A DNA stretch of 64,000 nt from Candidatus Kaiserbacteria bacterium (GTDB taxonomy: Bacteria; Patescibacteriota; Minisyncoccia; Phycocordibacterales; Phycocordibacteraceae), in contig JARIGN010000004.1 in assembly GCA_029288835.1 (NCBI GenBank), forward strand, positions 22,313-86,312, given 5' to 3'. This document shows, one piece after another, positions 58,760-64,000 of this stretch. The notes under the pieces are model-generated. The model was not told where the DNA came from. It saw nothing but the letters and a program-made list of their open reading frames with translations, and did not search any database. Numbering within the stretch: the stretch's first letter is position 1; the number at the start of each line of letters is the position of its first letter. The translations under genes and the position numbers were made by a program.

Positions 58760-60208
58760 ATGACATCTCGTACTGAGGGGGAACGATCTCGTGTTTTGAT
58801 AGGGGAGCTCGCACAGCATGCCGGAGAAACGGTCTCTATTGCTGGCTGGGTGGACGTGCGCCGTGATCAGGGAAAGCTTATCTTCTTTGATTTTCGTGAC
58901 CGCACCGGCATAGTCCAAGGAGTCGTGCTTCCGGCAAGGACAGAAGACGAGGCGCAAATAGCGCTTATGGAAACCGCAAAGGAAGTGCGGAATGAATACG
59001 TCGTGCAGGTAGAAGGGATCGTAAACAAGCGACCTGAAAAGAATGTGCAGGCTGACAAGCAGAATGGAGATATTGAGCTTGAGATAAAAAACATCGAGGT
59101 ACTAAACCCTGCCGAGACGCTTCCGTTTGACATTAGCACGGACACGAGCGGCATCGATGAGAGCGTGCGCCTCAAGTACCGCTACCTCGACTTGCGCTCT
59201 GAGCGTCTCCAGAAAAATATGCGCATGCGCAGTGAGTTCATCCAGAAGTGTCGTGAGTTTCTTTTTTCAAATGACTTCACGGAAATTGAAACGCCGCTCT
59301 TCACCGAATCAACTCCTGAAGGTTCTCGAGACTTTGTCGTGCCATCGCGTCTTAACCCAGGAAAGTTTTATGCACTTCCGCAGTCTCCACAGCAGTATAA
59401 GCAGCTCCTTATGACCGCTGGATTTGAGCGTTATTTCCAAACGGCGCGTGCCCTTCGCGACGAAGACCTTCGCGGTGATCGCGGCTTTGAGCACACGCAG
59501 ATAGACTTAGAAATGTCATTCGTGCAGATGGAAGAGGTGATGGAAATGGTGGAAGCGATGATCACCAAAACCGTCGAGAGCATGGGACTTACGATTAAAG
59601 AAAAACCCTTTCCGCGCATCTCATACAAGGATGCTATGGAAAAGTATGGCGCGGACAAGTTCGACCTTCGCACCGAAGAAGAAAAGGCACAAGGCATTCT
59701 CGCCTATGCATGGGTCGTTAATTTTCCTTTCTTTGAAAAGACCGATGAAGGCGGTTGGACCTTTACCCACAACCCGTTCTCGATGCCTATCCCCGAGCAC
59801 GTCGAGTGGCTGATGAAGGGCGAGCATATTGAAGATATCCTCACTACGCAGTATGACCTTGTGTGTAACGGGTATGAGTCAGGCGGCGGAAGCATCCGCG
59901 CGCACCGTCCAGAGATTTTGGAAGCCACGTATAAAGTGATGGGCTATACCGAAGAGCAGACCCAGGCAAGTGTCGGCCACATGCTTGAAGCGTTTAAATA
60001 TGGCACTCCGCCGCACGGCGGTATCGCGCTAGGCGTCGAGCGAAACCTCATGAACCTCACCGGCGAGTCATACCTGCGTGAAGTGCAGGCATTCCCGATG
60101 ACGCGCGGTGGGCAAACGGCCGTGATGAATGCGCCGAAGCCTCTTGCAGAGAAACAGCTAAAGGAGCTTGGCATTGAGATTGTTAAGAAGCCCGAAGGTC
60201 AGCAATAA
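58760..60208 (+). CDS. aspS: Aspartate--tRNA ligase, short (archaeal/eukaryal-type, no GAD insertion; possibly non-discriminating)
   Basis: OB-fold N-terminus. Class II motifs FFDFRDRTG, QSPQQYKQLL and GGGSIR...ER. Confidence 0.9.
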   Translation: MTSRTEGERSRVLIGELAQHAGETVSIAGWVDVRRDQGKLIFFDFRDRTGIVQGVVLPARTEDEAQIALMETAKEVRNEYVVQVEGIVNKRPEKNVQADKQNGDIELEIKNIEVLNPAETLPFDISTDTSGIDESVRLKYRYLDLRSERLQKNMRMRSEFIQKCREFLFSNDFTEIETPLFTESTPEGSRDFVVPSRLNPGKFYALPQSPQQYKQLLMTAGFERYFQTARALRDEDLRGDRGFEHTQIDLEMSFVQMEEVMEMVEAMITKTVESMGLTIKEKPFPRISYKDAMEKYGADKFDLRTEEEKAQGILAYAWVVNFPFFEKTDEGGWTFTHNPFSMPIPEHVEWLMKGEHIEDILTTQYDLVCNGYESGGGSIRAHRPEILEATYKVMGYTEEQTQASVGHMLEAFKYGTPPHGGIALGVERNLMNLTGESYLREVQAFPMTRGGQTAVMNAPKPLAEKQLKELGIEIVKKPEGQQ

Positions 60209-60240
60209 AAAATAAAATAAACGACATAGCCACTCATCCT

Positions 60241-61710
60241 ATGAAATTCACCCTCTCCCCAAAATCACTTGCAGAAGCACCGAAGGAATTTGTACGGGTA
60301 CGTATCACGGAAGATGACAAAGGTACAAAAAGACTTGTTTGCGAGCAGAAAGAGGGAGCTGAGGTGACTTATCTGGAGATAGGCGTGGGGACATACAAAG
60401 AGCTCACCCAGCGCAAGTTTATTATCGCAAGCCGTGCCGTCATTAACGCAGCAAAGCAGCAAAAGGCGCGAAAGATTGCATTGTCGCTCGACGACATGCT
60501 TATGCTCGCAGAAAAGTTTGATGTCACAAAAGAAGAGCTGCTTTCTCTCGCAGTCCAAAACATGGAGATGGCAGGATTTGAGTTTACGCAGTTTAAAACA
60601 AAGCCAAAGGAAGGGTGGCCTACCGTTGAGGAAGTGCTCTTATGCGGGCCAAAGTCTGCTGCAGGAAATCCCGCGGCAACTAAATCACTGCAAGCATCAC
60701 TAAAGCGTGGGCAGCTCATTGGACAGGAAGTGAACGCCTGCCGCGCGCTTGCGAACACCCCTGGCGGCGACATGAACCCGCGCAAGCTCGCGAAAGCTGC
60801 GAAGGATGCGGTAGCGGGCCTTAAGACTGTCACGGTACAGACTCTCGGTGAAGCCGAACTCAAAAAGCTCGGTATGGGTGCGCTTCTGGGAGTGGGAAAC
60901 GGTTCTTCTGAAGAGACGACCTTCACCATCATGCAATACAAGGGCGCACCAAATGCAAAGGGAGAGGCAGCGAAGCCGATCGTTCTCGCGGGGAAGGGAA
61001 TTACCTTTGATAGCGGCGGCTTGAATCTTAAACCTTCTGCACATATCTATGAAATGCATATGGATATGTCGGGCGCCGCCTCGGTCATCCATGCAGTCGC
61101 ACTCGCCGCAAAACTTGGCGTGAAGAAAAATGTGATCGGCCTCATTCCAGCAGCAGAAAACATGCCCGGCAATAACGCGACGCGCCCCGGTGACGTGCTT
61201 CACTCACTTTCTGGTAAAACTATCGAGGTACAAAACACCGATGCTGAAGGACGTCTCATTCTCGCGGACGCGCTCACCTACGCGAAGCGATTCAACCCAG
61301 GCGTCGTGCTCGATGTCGCAACCCTCACCGGCGCAGCCCTCGTCGCACTCGGTCTCTATGCCTCTGCAGTGCTCACCAAGGATGACGAGCTCGCGCAGCA
61401 GCTCGAGAAGCTTGGAGAAAAGAGCGGTGACTATGTATGGCCGCTGCCGCTTTGGGATGAGTACGAGTTTCTTGTAAAGAGTGATTTTGCCGACGTAACC
61501 AACTCCAGCAACGCGCCAGGCGGCCGTTATGGCGGCACCATCGAAGGCGGCATGTTCCTCTGGCAGTTTGCGAAAGAGCTTGGCTGCCCTTGGGCGCACC
61601 TCGACATCGCGCCGCGCATGACCTCTGCACCAGGTGATGAATTGGCCAAAGGTGCTGCCGGTGAACCTGTCCGTCTTTTGCTCGCCTTTATCGAAGCATG
61701 GAAGAACTAG
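60241..61710 (+). CDS. pepA: Leucyl aminopeptidase (M17)
   Basis: NTDAEGRL signature. GKGITFDSGG. Confidence 0.9.
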   Translation: MKFTLSPKSLAEAPKEFVRVRITEDDKGTKRLVCEQKEGAEVTYLEIGVGTYKELTQRKFIIASRAVINAAKQQKARKIALSLDDMLMLAEKFDVTKEELLSLAVQNMEMAGFEFTQFKTKPKEGWPTVEEVLLCGPKSAAGNPAATKSLQASLKRGQLIGQEVNACRALANTPGGDMNPRKLAKAAKDAVAGLKTVTVQTLGEAELKKLGMGALLGVGNGSSEETTFTIMQYKGAPNAKGEAAKPIVLAGKGITFDSGGLNLKPSAHIYEMHMDMSGAASVIHAVALAAKLGVKKNVIGLIPAAENMPGNNATRPGDVLHSLSGKTIEVQNTDAEGRLILADALTYAKRFNPGVVLDVATLTGAALVALGLYASAVLTKDDELAQQLEKLGEKSGDYVWPLPLWDEYEFLVKSDFADVTNSSNAPGGRYGGTIEGGMFLWQFAKELGCPWAHLDIAPRMTSAPGDELAKGAAGEPVRLLLAFIEAWKN

Positions 61711-62462
61711 ACCACAACGAAAGTACAGGTTCCGGTTCTACCATTTCACCAGCGTTCACCATTCGCACGCCGTCTTTTGAAGGTCCGTTCGGTCTCGTGC
61801 TTGACCTCATCGAAAAGCGAAAGCTATCCGTGAGCGAGCTCTCACTTGCTCAAGTGACGGACGACTACATTCAGTATGTGCGTGGCCATGAAGCCTTTCC
61901 GATGGAAGATGCTGCGGAGTTTATTGGTGTTGCAGCAACACTTCTTTTAATAAAATCAAAGTCCCTTATTCCGGAGCTCGAGCTTTCACCGGAAGAAGAG
62001 GAGGATGTCGACTCCCTTAAGGACCGTCTTAAAAAATATGAAGCAGCACGTGACGCAGCCCGGGAGCTTGGCAGAGTATTTGGCCTTACGCCGATGGTGC
62101 CGGCAGGGGAGCGAGCACCTGAAGCATTCTTCGCACCAAGCCGTGACCTTTCCCTCGCTGCGCTTGAAACTGCGCTCCAAAATGTGCTTGCTTCCATTCA
62201 AAAAGAAGAAAAACTTCCCGAAGCACGTGTGAAGCCACTCATTACCCTTGAAGAAATGATGGATCGCCTTACGGACCGGGTCCAAAAAGCACTCACCATG
62301 TCCTTTAAAGATTTCGCGGGAGAAAAAAGTGAAAAGGTTGAAGTGATCGTCTCGTTCCTCGCGCTCCTTGAGCTCGTGAAGCAGGGGATTGTCGAAGCGG
62401 AGCAGCTCGGTTCCGACATCAAGATAACGAATAACGCGTCGAGCGTTCCAAGCTACGGCTAG
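61698..62462 (+). CDS. scpA: Segregation and condensation protein A
   Basis: FEGPFGLVLDLIEKRKLSVSELSLAQVTDDY kleisin N-terminus. Confidence 0.8.
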   Translation: MEELDHNESTGSGSTISPAFTIRTPSFEGPFGLVLDLIEKRKLSVSELSLAQVTDDYIQYVRGHEAFPMEDAAEFIGVAATLLLIKSKSLIPELELSPEEEEDVDSLKDRLKKYEAARDAARELGRVFGLTPMVPAGERAPEAFFAPSRDLSLAALETALQNVLASIQKEEKLPEARVKPLITLEEMMDRLTDRVQKALTMSFKDFAGEKSEKVEVIVSFLALLELVKQGIVEAEQLGSDIKITNNASSVPSYG

Positions 62463-62524
62463 GTCCCCAGTCAGCCACATGATAGCGCATTAATCCATAC
62501 TTCATCGTTGTCGGCATATAGTGC

Positions 62525-62746
62525 GTGCACTTAGAAACTAAAGAAACGCCTATGTTGAAACAATGGATCACCGCACTTATAGGGCTTGCCGTTCTTTCGG
62601 TTCCGTTCATGGGCATGAGCCAGGAAGTCATGATGTGGACGCTTATTGTCTCAGGTATTTTGATAACTGGTCTCAGCCTCCTCACGGCATACGAAATGAC
62701 TGGTACTGAAACTGAGGTGCGCACCTATCGAGAAATCCACGTCTAA
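62525..62746 (+). CDS. Small 2-TM hypothetical protein between scpA and scpB
   Basis: Hydrophobic ORF. Alternative start at 62552. Confidence 0.4.
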   Translation: MHLETKETPMLKQWITALIGLAVLSVPFMGMSQEVMMWTLIVSGILITGLSLLTAYEMTGTETEVRTYREIHV

Positions 62747-62781
62747 GTCTAAGCAACAGAGCAGCATGGTACTATGGTGCT

Positions 62782-63324
62782 ATGCTGTCGCATTCTGCTG
62801 CCCTCGAGGCACTCCTTTTCGCAGCCGGTGAGCCGCTTTCAAAACAGCGGCTCGCGAGCATACTTGAGCTGTCTGCGGATGAGCTTCGCGCTGCCGCTCT
62901 CGAGCTGCATACCAGCCTCCAAAACAGAGGGCTTGCGCTTATAGAGGTAGGGACCGACCTCGAAATCCGCACGAGCCCAGAAGCCTCTTCGGTCATTAAG
63001 AAATATAGGGAAGGGGAGCTTTCCCGAGACCTCGGTAAGGCCAGCCTTGAGACCTTGGCTATTATCCTGTATAAGAATGGGGCGACCCGCAGTGAGATTG
63101 AGTGGATCCGCGGGGTAAATTCTGCTGCCGCACTGCGCTCTCTTACCCTTCGCGGACTCGTCGAGCGCACGGAGCACGAAAGTGACCGCCGCCGTATTAT
63201 GTACCTCCCGACGACCGAAGCGCTCGCGCACCTCGGCGTCTCGCACCTCAGCGAGCTACCGCACTATGATGAGTTAGTCTCGGCCCTTAAGGATGCTGAG
63301 GAAGCTAAACCTGTTACTGAATAA
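62782..63324 (+). CDS. scpB: Segregation and condensation protein B
   Basis: Winged-helix pair. ALLFAAGEPLS...LETLAIILYKNGATRSEIEWIRG. Confidence 0.85.
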   Translation: MLSHSAALEALLFAAGEPLSKQRLASILELSADELRAAALELHTSLQNRGLALIEVGTDLEIRTSPEASSVIKKYREGELSRDLGKASLETLAIILYKNGATRSEIEWIRGVNSAAALRSLTLRGLVERTEHESDRRRIMYLPTTEALAHLGVSHLSELPHYDELVSALKDAEEAKPVTE

Positions 63325-63327
63325 TCC

Positions 63328-64000
63328 ATGCCAAAGAATCGTCATCCGCACCACACGCAGCAGCGAAAAGGAAACAGTCGCACACGGCTGTATATTGGTG
63401 TGGGCGTGGCATTCATAGCAGTCGTACTTTTTGGTGCCGCAGCCTACGTGGCAGCCCAGGAAAACGAGCAGGAAGCGGCACTCGCTAACGCACAGCCACC
63501 GCTCAACACCGCCACAACCACTCCTACAGGACCTGATGCATACGCCACTCTTTCTCTCCAGGCACAAGACGCGATAGTCTATGACCTTACTAATGGCCAG
63601 GTCCTGTATGCTAAGAACGCATACCAAACCCACCCGCTCGCTTCTATCACCAAGCTCCTCACGCTCTATGCCGCAGCAAACACTCTTTCCCCGGCAGCAA
63701 CCATCACCATGTCACCAGACTCTGTGGCTGCAGTTAATGACACTGCAGACACTGGCTTTTCCGCAGGCGAAACATTTTCTTTTGAGGATCTCGCGCGCTT
63801 GACCCTTGCTGCCTCATCAAATAGTGGTGCTGAAGCGATCGCTGAAGCTGCCGCTACGGCGCAGCAAAAAAGTAATGCGACCTTGCTTGCTAATGCTGCT
63901 TCAGCCATTGGTCTCACCCAAACGAGCGCAACGAATGCAACTGGCCTTGATATAAATTCACAAGTGTCGGGAGGCTATGGATCGGCACACGATGTAGCAG
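63328..64000 (+). CDS. D-alanyl-D-alanine carboxypeptidase (PBP5/S11 family), 3'-partial at window edge
   Basis: TM anchor. SxxK motif in LASITKLLT. Confidence 0.75.
   Translation, partial: MPKNRHPHHTQQRKGNSRTRLYIGVGVAFIAVVLFGAAAYVAAQENEQEAALANAQPPLNTATTTPTGPDAYATLSLQAQDAIVYDLTNGQVLYAKNAYQTHPLASITKLLTLYAAANTLSPAATITMSPDSVAAVNDTADTGFSAGETFSFEDLARLTLAASSNSGAEAIAEAAATAQQKSNATLLANAASAIGLTQTSATNATGLDINSQVSGGYGSAHDVA

Overview
This 64 kb window is mostly housekeeping genes, and its gene content points to a reduced-genome bacterium. Short ATP-synthase delta and epsilon subunits, a UvrC without the HhH domain, an archaeal-type short AspRS and an FtsA/PilM-like actin ATPase suggest a CPR/Patescibacteria-like organism; that placement is inference only. 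The core genes are about 52-57% GC by eye.

Housekeeping blocks are: tgt; uvrB, a two-component pair and uvrA; uvrC-ddl-pterin dehydratase; tRNA-Cys; mltG; a complete F1Fo ATP synthase operon (atpBEFHAG-x-DC); infA-rpmJ-rpsM-rpsK-rpsD-rpoA-rplQ-rplM-rpsI; trhO; grpE-dnaK-x-dnaJ; an MsbA-like ABC exporter; tyrS; tRNA-Tyr; trpS; aspS; pepA; scpA/scpB; and a partial D-Ala-D-Ala carboxypeptidase.

Accessory, compositionally deviant segments sit between these blocks:
- A TraD/VirD4-like ATPase (open to the window's 5' edge) plus an 879-aa His-rich membrane protein.
- A tRNA-Cys-flanked mosaic of two GC3-rich hypothetical genes and an AT-rich truD.
- AT-rich single-gene insertions inside the atp and dnaK operons.
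- An HTH-LAGLIDADG-like gene whose 3' end overlaps tRNA-Tyr, directly downstream of tyrS.
- A roughly 7 kb low-GC operon of speH, Leu-dehydrogenase, a PaaK-like adenylating enzyme, an extended E1-like (ThiF/MccB-like) protein, a tandem nitroreductase and a multi-TM histidine kinase. This is my best candidate for an undescribed modification or biosynthesis system.

No CRISPR array, rRNA or integrase was seen. All calls come from reading the six-frame ORFs and sequence by eye; coordinates of starts are best guesses.
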